The notes under the pieces: model-generated
Databases searched by the model: none
Seen by the model: the letters and a program-made list of their open reading frames with translations, nothing else
Told to the model about the DNA's origin: nothing
Made by a program: the position numbers and the translations under genes
Assembly: GCF_001194135.2 (NCBI RefSeq)
Contig: NC_068985.1
Location: 43,243,772-43,307,771 of the forward strand
Direction of reading: 5' to 3'
DNA from: Octopus bimaculoides
Lineage: Eukaryota
Length of the DNA stretch: 64,000 nt
Shown here: positions 27,635 to 40,170 of the stretch, one piece after another
Position numbering within the stretch: position 1 is the first letter of the stretch
How the letters are laid out: the number at the start of each line of letters is the position of its first letter

Positions 27635-27925
27635 GAGCAAGTGTCTTCTACTATAGCCTCGAGCCGACCAAAGCCTTGCGAGTGGATTTGGTAGACAGAA
27701 ACTGAAAGAAGCCTGTCGTGTGTGTATATATATATATGTGTGTGTGTGTCCCAACATCGCTTGACAACCGATGGGGTGTGTTTACGTCCCCGTAACTTAG
27801 CGGTTCGGCAAGAGACCGATAGAATAAGTACTAGGCATCCAAAGAATAAGTCCTGGGGTCGATTTACTCGACTAAAGGCGGTGCTCCAGCGTGGCCAGTC
27901 AAATGACTGAAACAAGTAAGAGTAA
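27635..27925 (+). mobile_element. SINE family A copy (5'-truncated)
   Basis: Homology to 24115-24503. Confidence 0.7.
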
Positions 27926-30039
27926 GGGATTGAAAGAGAGGCGTTAGCAACTACATGGGTAAATGAGCGGGTGTCTATTGCATCAAGAAAGAAAGATGAA
28001 AATGAAAAGGAGGAGGGAACGCAGCTGTTGAAAATGGTTTAATAATAATTTATCCCACGATGGAGCCTTTATGCGATTGCTTGGTCTGCAACAAATTACA
28101 CACGAAATCCTCCGTAATCACACCCTTATTTATCTAAGTACAAAAAAAAAATTCTGAACGGCATCAAAAAACATTTTATGACGGGCTGACCAAATCCTCT
28201 TCGGACAAAATATCCAAGATAATTTTAAAAAGAAAAATGAACATCTTAAAAACTAGCAAATAAGAAAGCACCCACAAAAAGTCGGTAAATTTTCACTTGG
28301 GTGTTAGGGTTACGGTTTTAGAGAATTCCGTCCCTAACCCTAACACCCTAGTGAGGCGGTCAACTATCCAGAATGTTCGGAAGAAGTTTTATCACCTAAG
28401 CGACGTATTCAACATTGGTGGAGGTGGTTATTAGACTGCAGTAGAAAGACGCCGACTACTTTACAGAAATACATCTATATAAATGGTCTGAGCCCATTCG
28501 TAAGGGAATCCTGTCTGACCGAAGTATGTACGCAGTTGTATTCTAAAAAAATTAGCCTTGACAAAATTTGTTTTAATAGCGATACTACTGTACGGGTTTC
28601 ATCGATCAATATTTTCTTACAATGCACTATGTTGAAATAACGCAACACGTCGGCAATGCACATTTTCTCAAAAGATGGGAACCTAGAAGTAAATCGCATA
28701 GCAGTTAATAAGGACCTACCGGCTTCTAAATATAACTGATATAATAATCGATATATTTAAATGGAAACAAATTTTCCATATTTAAAGACGTGCATGCGTT
28801 ATTGATAAGCGCGCTTCCCGATCATGTGACATTGGGTTCAGTCTCAGCACAGAGCAATTTGGGTCAAGTGTCTTTTACCGCTTCGGATGGACCAAGTCTT
28901 GCTAGTGGTTTTGGTAGACGAAAATTAAATAGACACACACACACCAATCGCGCGACTTTTGTCTTGACATCACGATGGTAATGAGAATCACCGTTATACA
29001 AGCGATGTTAGTTTCCAGTCTTCCGTGAAAAACACGCCTGACCATGGGGAAATATTACTTTGCTTAGAAACAGACAGGAGATGGCGACAAGAAAAGCATC
29101 AACGATAATGAAAAAATAATAATAAATTGCTGCAATAAATTCCGTCTGACCCAAGCAGGCATTAAAAAGTGGTCGTTAAATCGATGCTGAAACAAGACAC
29201 CTGCAAGAATGCAATTGTTTCTAGCACAGACCCAGGGTTTGCAATTTGAGGAAAAGAACCTGACATTACCTCAGTAGTTGACTATCAATACCGAAGGGAC
29301 TTAAAAGTTAAGATGACCTCAACAGGATTTGAACTCAGAATGTAATGAACCGAAAGTAATAAACTGAGTAACAAAAACAGGATATGAAATATATTTTTCG
29401 GCAAATAAATTTAATTATTATAATTAGGAATAAAAAATACATTAAGTAGAAATACTGCAATTAAAACAAAAATTATTTAATGAGCTGCAGTCTACAATCC
29501 GGATTCAGCTTCCCGATTACAACCATCGTTATTTACGTCACAAACGACATTGAGAAAGACGTGACAACCTATCCCTGCTACATAACACAAACGTGTGTGC
29601 GCGCGTGCGTATATACACACAGCGACAAGAAACGCAGACAACAATTGCTCATTTTAAGCTTTTTACGCGCGTGCAGAGGAAAGGGAAGAGAAACGAGGCC
29701 GCCAGTTGGCAGAGTCGTAAGAGCGAAAGACAAATTGCGTTGAGGTAAACAGTTCCGGCCCAACGCTCCGAGGTCAACTTTTCCGTTCATCCTTTCGGGA
29801 TGGACAAATAAAGTACAATTCCTGAAATAATTATTCTCTAATCCCTTTTTTGTTTTTAACCAACATACACACTCTCTCCTTAGAAACGAACTGATGTTAG
29901 ACTGGGGGAGAAATAGGCTTCACCAGATCTAAGAAGAATGGGCGGAGGTAAACTACATGGACGGCACCCACTATCGTTATTGTTTTTTGTTTTTTTTTCT
30001 ACAGAAACCCACTTTTTCGACTGCGCAGATTCCGAATTT

Positions 30040-30075
<36 letters not shown>

Positions 30076-33000
30076 GCCATTCAAAATTTTGGGTTTGGCT
30101 TTCCGGTTGAAGCGTACTTAAAAAAATTGAAGATTTTGAAAACTTGTTTTCAAAATGTCCCTATGATGACACCGGCCCCTTCGTAATAGTATAACATTAT
30201 TGGAAAAGCCTAAATGAATTAGTGAGAAATATATTTTGTTCCTTAAAAAGGTGCGAGTCATGTACAAATGGTCAGTTACGTCAGACAAATAATGTCCATC
30301 AGAACTCTATATTTGAATTCCGACAGACGTGTCGAATGCAGAAATATTTGAATCTTCCAAATAACGATAATTATCATAAATTTTATAGGGGATTTTAAAT
30401 TGGAGAATTATTGTAAAATATTCCTGTAAGAAGTTTTAAATAAGACTGGTTTTATTTGAAAATAATGTTGAAACAGAGAATGACATATACGAAATGTCTA
30501 TTTCTGAAGATAAAATATTAATTTATTTTCTACAACCAACAGTTCCCATAGATTTCTTTTTAAAGTACCTTCAAACTGGGAGACTGGTAGTGTTAAGCTG
30601 GATAGAAGACTAAGTTTACCCACTAAGTAAACCACAGTGGGATTTAAACTCAAAAATCAGGTCCGACGTTCTAACCGACCTTCACCAATCCACTGCCCTG
30701 GATTGTACTATTTTACCGACCTCCGAAAGGGCGATAGGCAATGCTGACCTCGGTAGGGTTTGAACTTAGTGCACCACCTAATCAAATATATTAGCATATT
30801 TTAATATATGTAAGGGTTATTTTCCAGTGTCCATTCGTTTTAGTTAAAAATACATATCGATATATGAATCATTTTCATGTTTACTGAGCACTCTGCTAAA
30901 ATGTTTTGCACGAAAGACAAAGCTAACATTAGCGAGATTTAATATCATTTTTGTCGACGCTCCAACGATTGTCATCTCAAAGCCTTTACTCCGACTGGTA
31001 CTTTATTTCATCGACCCCGAAAGGAAGGGAAGTTTTTTTTCCTCGACGGAGTTTAAGCTCAGAACATGAAGAGCAGGAAGCTGCCATTAAAATTATATCC
31101 GATGTGCTGACGATTTAACTCGCCTCCAGGACGATGGATGAGGGGGACAATTGCAGATATGTTGGGGCGTTTACATAAATCGGCTAATTAGATAGAGATG
31201 AAATAAGTGATAATGAATCATGATGCACGATCGTAATATCACCCTGAAGACCAAGGACAAATGAATGCCCTCTCCAACTGTCGTTCTTAGTCTTACAGGC
31301 AGGTGCATTATACTCAAGACTCTCGCCCACCCTTTAATATAATTACCTACGGATAGCACCTCCTCCTAAGGTGAACAAAGGAAAAAGTGCCTGCCCTCAA
31401 TTTTTGCAACACCTACCACAACCTTTTTTGCTTACAGCCAAACCGCAAAAGAAAAAAAAATTACCCTAACCCGGGTAAAGGAAGGTGGTGAACTGTTTGT
31501 TACTTTATCGAGATTGTGAGGTGGGCAATATTTTATACAGACAACTAGAAGTAGCCCACACCTGCAAGTCTCCCTACCCTTCCCGTCAATGTTGTCCGAT
31601 TGAAAGGCAAGGGTCGATATGGCCTGGCATCCACCAGTGTACAGACGTTATTGTAAAAAAATTGAAATAGGGAGAAGAAAAAAAAACCGCAGCCAATCTA
31701 CCGCCCTATAACAGGTGGGATTACATGGGTAATAGATTTCCACACATTATATACATACACGTACATATATTTTTATACACACACATTATATATATATATA
31801 CAGGTTTATGAAATATTCATACCGTAATAAATTACATGTATAGACATTTTATGCTAATAAAAGGAGTCATACATCTATATATAAATATGTGGAGTCATAA
31901 GCATATATTAATGTACATGTGTGTGTAAAACGGATTTTTAAGCTTCGAAATTTAGTAGTGCAGAAATATTATTAGGCATTATTTAATAAAATGCAATCAT
32001 GTTGATGACATTTAATATTTCAAAATTTGATCGCTTCAAACGAAAATTTAACTGCCATTTCAGAATAGTCTAAAACGTCGAAAGATACAGCAGTTTTTTT
32101 TTAAATGCGCGTCTTTTTTTTTTTTAAATTTTAAATGCGTCGTTCCAGCCGTGACTACCTTGGCTTTCGAGAAATGTATAATTACAGTTCAGTGCTCCCT
32201 CAGTACCGGAGTTTTTACTGTATAGTTTTTTTATCTTTTTTCAGTTTTTTTTTTTTTAGAATTAGTTCTCCATTTTTAATTTTGAAAATGGTTAACGAAA
32301 GATTGTGTAAATATGCATCTGTATTACAGACGCATTTATATACTATTATGCATATAACACAGACATATAATGCTGACATACTATACGTAATACACTAAGG
32401 CAGATATGTATATATATTAAAAGCAGTCAGTATTACATACAGGCGTACATACGTCTGTGTTAACATATGCATCGACGCACATAAACATGTATTGATGGAT
32501 TTTGTAATTTATAATTCAATTTTGTTATTTCTTCAATATAACAAACAGTTCAACAGAGTACAGGTTAATATATGAGAGGGACACTTGGCTACTTTGTCTA
32601 TACTGTTTAATTACAAGGTGAACCCTACTAGTCACTAATTTGAATCAAAGATAAAAATATCTGAATAGTTTAGAGTAAACGATAGGAAATCTACACAAAA
32701 GATACATTAGTTACAGATTATATTTTAGTAAATTTATATATATATATATACACAGATTATATTTTAGTAAATTTATATATATACATATAAATATATATAT
32801 AAACACTAAATAAAGATGGTGTTTAGATAGTATGTTGTAATCTCGCTCAACGTTCGTATTAAAAAAGATTCGACATATTTTAAATTTATTCAATAAAAAT
32901 CTCAAAATATATCAGAATATAATAAATAGATAAACTATAGTCAAATTTCATATTACTCAGAATTATTTTACTTTCATTTACAATAAATATATACGAATGC

Positions 33001-33335
33001 ATTGCGTTTAAATTTCTTTAAATTAAAATATATTCGTGAAACGCTGCACTTGGTTTTTAAATTGGGAAGTTTGGAAAAAAAAGACAGTGGAAGACAATTT
33101 AATATTTTCCTTAAAAATGTGAATTAAATATTTTTCATAAACTAGACAATATGGATATAACAATAAAATATTTTAGTAAATATGAAATTGGCATCAGTTT
33201 AAAATGTAACTCCAGTGGTTGCTGTCTTTGCCTCAGACACAACTTGTTGGATTTTTACCGTTAAATTAATGTCGAACGTGTTTTGTTCTTTTTTTTTTTT
33301 TTTCTTCAACATTCTTGAAAATTAAAAATATTTAC

Positions 33336-33392
33336 CTTAGCACCAATTTGATTTCCACACTGTCCAGCTTGTACATGTACAATCTCCCTCAT
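33336..33392 (-). CDS. TUBB: Beta-tubulin exon 1 (codons 1-19)
   Basis: Reverse complement reads ATG AGG GAG ATT GTA CAT GTA CAA GCT GGA CAG TGT GGA AAT CAA ATT GGT GCT AAG|gtaaa = MREIVHVQAGQCGNQIGAK. It includes the MREI autoregulation motif and a phase-0 GT donor. Not in the ORF track. Confidence 0.97.
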
Positions 33393-33495
33393 ATTTCTAC
33401 GATTTTAATAATTATAACGGAACAGGTTAAGTTGATTATAACAATGAAATCCCCAAACGAGACAAAGAGCTTCAAGCGTTCACTGCGCGTAGCAC

Positions 33496-33530
33496 GACTA
33501 ATAAGCGCGTTATACTGCTTCTATTATATA
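33496..33530 (-). promoter_or_regulatory. TATA box + initiator of beta-tubulin (predicted TSS about 33499)
   Basis: Minus-strand TATATAA at 33530-33524 and Inr-like TTAGTC at 33501-33496. The first T of the TATA box is 31 nt from the Inr A, the canonical spacing. Predicted 5' UTR about 107 nt. Confidence 0.6.
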
Positions 33531-33710
33531 TTTACGTATTTAGACGTATAGAGCGATGCGTATGCGTAAATTTAAATGTATGTGTGTTTATCTCTCCGCC
33601 TCGATATATACACACACTCTATTTAAATATATGTGTATGTATGTGTATGTATGTGTGTGTGTTAGCAACGCCCGCTTCAGAAACCGCGTTCCAGCTACAT
33701 TGCTACGCAC

Positions 33711-33724
33711 GTTGCCTAGACAAC
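33711..33724. promoter_or_regulatory. RFX X-box-like element
   Basis: GTTGCCTAGACAAC, one mismatch from the palindrome GTTGCC-TA-GGCAAC, about 210-225 nt upstream of the predicted tubulin TSS. A TAGCAAC half-site lies at 33663-33669. Confidence 0.55.
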
Positions 33725-34651
33725 GAGGAATGATGCTTACTCCGCATTGGTTAATTCTTAACAGCAACGTCATGATGGATAAAGAAGTAGGAACTATTAC
33801 AGTGTCCATGACAACAGTTCGCAGTGCACCCCTTCCTCCCTCTCAATATTTCTTGGAACATTTGCAGTAATAAATAAATAAAACACTTCTAGCTCAAAGC
33901 CATGGCGACGACTATCAAAGTTACTTGTAGGCAAACTAAAACCAATTTTACCCTTCATTAGTTTATGAATAATAGCAAAATAACCCTTCGCAATATATGA
34001 TAGTTAATACAACTAATTTACACGATTATGAATTTTTAAAAGTTCGAACCAGCGAGGGACACATGGTTCCTCGACCTGCTAGAAAAAGCAACCAAATCTC
34101 CCCTCTAATCAAATGCAAGGAAAGAACACGCTAGAGAATATGGTATTGGGTTTCCTGCGCAGAAAAAAAAAGATAGGATTGGTTACAGCTGGAAAACTTT
34201 AATCATAGGTCTGCTTGAGTAAATCTGGCCTTGATCTAAATAAAAACAAGCGGCGGGGATAAGAAAAATTATTTTCTTCCCTCCAAAATGAATAAACTAA
34301 ATGATTATATATATATATATATTATACATGTGTGTGTGTACAATGTGTTATTCACTAAATGTTATTCGCAAAATTGGTCTTGACTAGATAAAAAGAAGTC
34401 ATTATTATTTAGAAAATAGTTATCGACCTACTAAACTATTTATATAAATATTCTGTGTTAATATTATGTTTATTTCCTTCATTAGCAATATAGTATTAAA
34501 ATATTTATCATACAACGTAATATATTTTCTATCTGTACCGACTCTTTATGCAATTTTTTAAATCTAAAATTTCTGCACTTTTGAGCCACCATAGTTTAAA
34601 GCAGAACCACGTTTATGAGTGTGTGCTTCTTCGTTTTGAAGTATTAGAAAA

Positions 34652-34831
34652 ATGCCTGGTATGAATGTGGATCCTTCAGAAAATTGTTTTATCAAAATAC
34701 ATCGGTTTTCAGATAAAATAACGGACACGACAGTTCATTTTCAAGTCATTCAAATGGCAAACAGTTTCCACATGTGGTTCGGCAGTTCGCCGCGTCTCTC
34801 CAACATGGCGGTTGCAATGCAAACTAAATAT
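34652..34831 (+). CDS. PSMG4: Proteasome assembly chaperone 4 (PAC4), first coding exon; later exons not located
   Basis: MPGMNVDPSENCFIKIHRFSDKITDTTVHFQVIQMANSFHMWFGSSPRLSNMAVAMQTKY aligns by eye with the recalled human PSMG4 N-terminal half (LHNFSARLWEQLVHFHVMRLTDSLFLWVGATPHLRNLAVAMCSRY). It ends exactly at TAT|GTGAGT, a phase-0 donor. The ORF-track extension beyond 34831 is intron read-through. Confidence 0.85.
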
Positions 34832-37324
34832 GTGAGTAATATCCTTTCTACTATAGGTACAAGGACTGAAATTTTGTGGAGAAGGGGAGAAGTCGATTAC
34901 ATTGGCACCACTTTTCAACTAATACTTATTTTATCGACTTCGAAAGGATAAAAGGCAAAGCCGACCACGGCGGGGTTTGAACTCAGAATGGAAAGACGGG
35001 CGAAATGCTGCTAAATATGTGAATAATATCCGAATTTAAAATGAAATAACTATATTGCATTATTCTTTAATAATAACATGAAATTTCTCATTTAAGGTTA
35101 ACAGAGACTAGATATTGGGGAAAGAAAGATTAATTATTAGATATTTTTAATGACTATAAGAATATTTCTCACAAATAGACAAACTTCCACTTTGGAAATA
35201 AATTATGTAAACTGGTATACTTCCTATTTGACACGCTATTTCATATTTTAGTATGTTTTTTACACTATCTTCGATTTCCTTCTATTGAAGCTGGTGTTTC
35301 TAATGAGATTTTATTTTTTATTTTTGTTTGCATGGCTTCAGTTTTATATTTCATGTATGAAGGAACCCAACCAAAACAATAAATAAATTTCTTATTTATA
35401 AATTATAAGAAAATCCAATTAAATAACATTCATTTTCGTTTTATTAAAGAGACGAAAATCTTAAAGCTATTTTCGCGGTTAAGAAGCAGGTTGGTGTTTT
35501 AAAAAAAAAAAGTTAATTGACCGGAAGTGACAACAGTGAACTCAGAAAATTTCATGTAAACAATCTATGTAACATCGTCAATGTACAGAACTTGAATCGA
35601 CAGGCAATGCCATCGCTTCCCGTTCTTTCTGTAAAACTCATTTGTCATGCAGAATTATTGCATTGTTCACATGTAAGAGTGTTGGCTATCATGCGTTGAC
35701 ATGCATGACACGAGATTGCCTTCTCAGTGGCGTTCATTGCTAGATATAGTACGTTGGGACGGTGTACCTCAGCTGCTATTTCTGAACTACTTTAAATTAT
35801 CATTAGAATATACTATACAACTAGGTACCTATGGAGGCGGCAAAATCATCTGACTGAATACGAGGTGTAGTTTCGATTCCCGGTCAAAGACATTTCGTTT
35901 CTTTTAAACCTGAAGAAAAGAGAAATAACGCCGTTTCACTTCCTATCCGTTTCTCATCGATAATCAATTACGATTGTTTTCGACTCTCACTTGAAATAAC
36001 TTTAAAATATCTTGGATTTTACTGTCTAAACAAATTTTTCAAGTCTGATACCTGAAAGTCCGATTCATTTTTAATCTTGCGCATGCGCTAAAAAATAATA
36101 TGCATACGCATGAAATTTCAACAGCTCTACCTTAGTGAATTTTTTTCAAAGTAGTGAAGACAGAAACGTTCCAATTGTGACCAACGTTTACTGACTGGGA
36201 TATTATTCATGCTCAAAAATCAAAATTTATTGGATCATCAAGTATTTGATTTGAAAATTTTGTTTTTTGACCATATGCCTGGGATTCCTGCATGATAAAA
36301 TATTCTGTTTTATACACACTATATTTATGTTAGAGGAAATACTAGAGAGGAATTAATTACTATTATTGCAAGGAATGTACTGCAAACATGCCCTTTCTCA
36401 TGTTAGATGCACTGTTTGTGTTCTTGAGAAAGATGGGAACAATAACACGCTGCTTTCATCAACCATTTTTGTTATTTCACTACCTTAACATTGCTAGTAA
36501 TATTGATCTCTCATTTATGCCCAAGATCACACCACCTCGATAACCTTCCTCACCTAAGCATCCTCATGCAAACTAGTACACACATTATAGTGGTTGGCAT
36601 TAGGAAGAGTATCTAACCAGTTATGCCAAAGTTGACACTACAGCCCTCTGTAGCCTGTCAAACCAATCAACACATGCCAATATGGAAACAGACTTTAAAG
36701 AAAATGATGGTAGTGATTAAATATTTCCAAAATCTTATGCTCTTTTTTGTACTTTTTTTTCCTGCTTTCAAAAAGTACTGGGTTGTTGATAGGATCCAGT
36801 AAGTCACAGGATTGCAAGGGCTTGAGTGTCAACTCTAACATGATTTCTATGGTTGGATGCCCTTCTTAATGCCAACCACTTTACAGTATATACCAGGTCC
36901 TTTTTTCGTGCCACCAGCACTAATGATGTCGCCATGTAACTTACAAGGCAACAAACACTGAGAGAGGCAGCTTTATGCGAGAAGATGAAGGGCTAAAGTA
37001 CAAGAGAGAGAGAGAGGTGTGCAGAACAGAACAAGCATCTTGCTGTAGAAGAGTTACATAGCTACTCACATTTTAGAAATTCGGGTGTGGGGTAAGTGGA
37101 GTGGAGCTGGGAAGAAATAAAAATACTGGTAATGAGGTATGTGAGTGGAGAGTACAGTATCAAGGATCAAGGATGGACATCAAGTAAAAGCAGTGAGAAA
37201 GGTTAATGGTATCATGAAAGAGTTTGAAGTTCAAGTGGTAGAGGTGTCTTGAGGAGGAAATTAGGTGACAGGCCCAGTTGTGTATGTGAATGTGTGTATA
37301 TTGGTGTGTATACATGTATATATA

Positions 37325-37617
37325 GGCTCAGTGGTTAGAGCGTCGAGCTTATGATCATTTGATTCCCGGACCAGGCTGCATGTTGTGTTCTTGAGAAAGA
37401 CACTTTATTTCACGTTGCTCCAGTTAACTCAGCTGTAGAAATGAGTTGCGACGTCACTGGTGCCAAGCTGTATCGGCCTTTGCCTTTCCATTAGATAACA
37501 TCAGTGGTATGCATGGGTGACTGCTGGTCTTCCATAAACAACCTTGCCCAAACTTGTGCCTTGGAGGGTAACTTTCTAGGTACAATCCCATAGCCATTCA
37601 TGACCGAAGGGGGTCTC
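37325..37617 (+). mobile_element. tRNA-derived SINE family B
   Basis: Close homologue of 590-903. Confidence 0.7.
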
Positions 37618-38529
37618 TTCATGCATATACATATAGGCATGTTGGTAGTTCTTAGAAAGTAGAACAAATTGCTTGGCAGTATTTATTCATGCTCTCTAAT
37701 CTCTGAGTTCATTCTACCAAGGTCAACTTTGCCTTTCATCTCTTCATTCTTTCATTTTAACTTCTGTTTTTCCATGCTAGCGTGGGTTTCAGCAGCAATT
37801 TATTTAAGACAGAATTTTACAGCTAGATGCTCTTCCCATCACCAGATTTTATGTTTTTCAAGTAAGAGTAATTTATTTTATTCATGGTTACTAAATATAA
37901 TACCAATCCAGTATGGCTGATTAGTAGAATTGACAGAATGTTGAACAAGATGCCTTATGGTATTTATTCTTGCACTTTATGTTTAAAGTTCTTAAGCAGT
38001 AGATTTAATATGTTGCCTGGTTTAATACCATTGTCTGGTCCTCAAATGTTTTTAGCAGAGTTTATTCTGTTGTAAGCATTCAGACCAGGTCTCTGGTTTG
38101 AAGACAATGAAGATAACTTGTCATCAGACTTGGAGGTGCAGAAAAAAATATAAGTGGGCATGAGTGCTACTTTTCTTTTCTTACTAATCATCATCATCAG
38201 CTTCATTTAGCATCTGTTTTCCATGCATGATCCAGTAAGTTTTAGTGTCAACTTTATCATGTTTTCTTTGGCTCGATGCCCTTCTTAATGTCAACCACTT
38301 TACAGTGTCTACTGGATTCTTTTTTTTTTTTTTATGCCACCAGCTCTAGTGAGGTAGCCAAGTAAGTTGCAAGACAGAAAAAGAATGGAGAAGGGAAAAG
38401 CTCCTATGACTAAGTGTTGGTAAAGATATTAGTGAAGGAAAGATGGCTTATGCCAAGTGCTGAGTGGCTAAAGTATGATAGAACATCTTACCACCTGGCA
38501 ATAAGCCTGTATAAAAATGAAAAAAAAAC

Positions 38530-38909
38530 ATTCTTTTTTAAATATCCTACATATCGTGACCAACTGAGACTATGGATACTATCCAGGCATCTCTTTCTTG
38601 ATCTACCCTTAGTTTTTCTACTGGTTACCTTGGCTTCAAGAATCTGTCTTCCAATTCTTTGCTACAACTTTCTAATCACATATATAGAAAATCTTCACAT
38701 ATTTAGTATTGTGCCAAAACTGCACCAAATGTCTAGGATCCTCTTTAGAGCCCCAGCAGTTGCTGAGCTTTGATAGAATTTAACTATAACCTGTACTGGA
38801 TTAGTACTCATCTAGCTAACACAGTGCCACTGCTGCTGTTGCCACTACTACTACACAAGTGTGCCTCACCACCTCAGCCCAGGTCTTCCTGGGCCTACCT
38901 CTTCCACGG
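38530..38909 (-). mobile_element. Degenerate RTE-like RT C-terminal fragments
   Basis: Minus strand LEAKVTSRKTKGRSRKRCLDS (about 38580-38640) and GRGRPRKT (38883-38906). Confidence 0.5.
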
Positions 38910-39941
38910 NNNNNNNNNNNNNNNNNNNNNNNNNNNNNNNNNNNNNNNNNNNNNNNNNNNNNNNNNNNNNNNNNNNNNNNNNNNNNNNNNNNNNNNNNNN
39001 NNNNNNNNNTGCTTTCAAGACAAAGCTAATGAAAACTATCAAGTTGATATTTGTCCAGGTGACTTTAAAGACTGCTCATTAACAAACACAACTGCCTTAT
39101 ATGTATTTTTTTAATCTCCATACTTAGGTAAAACAATAAAGAAAACTTAAGTAAGCTCTTAACAGATACTCCCCCCCCCCTACTTCCTTCTTGGATGCTA
39201 TGATATTAATAAAAAAAATTAATCCAAAAAAAGAGCAATGCAGAGGTGAGATAAATTAAATGAGAGAAGTTGTGATTGATTAAAAATTTTTTTTTTAGAA
39301 TTAAAAACACGGTATTTTTTGTTTTTGTTTTGTTTGATGGGAGATGATTCATTACCTGCTTGTGTAGCTAATTGAACAGTATATATAATCAATAAATATT
39401 TTCATCAGCTGAGCAACTGCAACACAAAATGTATACCTGCATTAGTAATATTTATTGCTATCGCCACCACCAATGCTATCAATGACAACCATAACAACAA
39501 CATCTAAGGTAACCATGGAGTTGATTTGTGGTTTCTAGACCTGATTGAAACAGCTGCCAAAAATTCTCTCAAATTTAACTATGTTTTCTTATTAAATAGA
39601 GAACATATTAGATAATGTAGTCCTAGACACTCTTAGATGGTCATGGCTAGAAAGTCTGTGATAATAGATTTGCTGGATCAGAGTTGACGTAGGGCTAAAC
39701 AACAATGCCAGTGTTGCTACTGCTGCCATCACCACCCACAACATTATCAATAATACTGGAGGGGACCTTCATGTGGTCTCTCAGCCTGTAAAAAATAGTA
39801 GCCAAATTACCTTCAGTTCATATTTTACATTTTTAAAAAAGAGCACATTGGATAATGTGATTCTGGGCTCCCTGTACAGAGCAAAAAGTTGGAGTTGTCA
39901 CACTAGATTGGCATTAACCATAGGTCTGGATTGACCTAGAA

Positions 39942-40170
39942 TTAACCTTTTAGTGTTCAGCTTACTCAATCAAATGTAATACTTATTTATTCACATTGTT
40001 TAGAATTTATCCTGCATTATATTGTAGCCTCGAGATTTTGATGATGTGATTGTTTATGTTTAAAATGACATTTTAGCGTTGGTAGGAGAGGCCAAATTTG
40101 GCCAGTTTGAACATAGAGCAAGTAGAATATTTTGGCCAGATATGGCCAGTTTAAATACTTAAAGGGTTAA
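39942..40170 (-). mobile_element. piggyBac-like MITE
   Basis: TTAA-CC(C/T)TTTAG ... AAAGGG-TTAA termini. Inverted homologue at 42602-42829. Confidence 0.7.

Noticed and set aside
34832-34951. ORF-track extension of PSMG4 to 99 aa
   Set aside because: Similarity stops at a consensus GTGAGT donor. The rest is intron containing a repeat fragment.
35820-35890. tRNA-like B-box (GTTTCGATTCCCGG)
   Set aside because: No cloverleaf. Here and in the SINE heads these are tRNA-derived repeat remnants, not tRNA genes.
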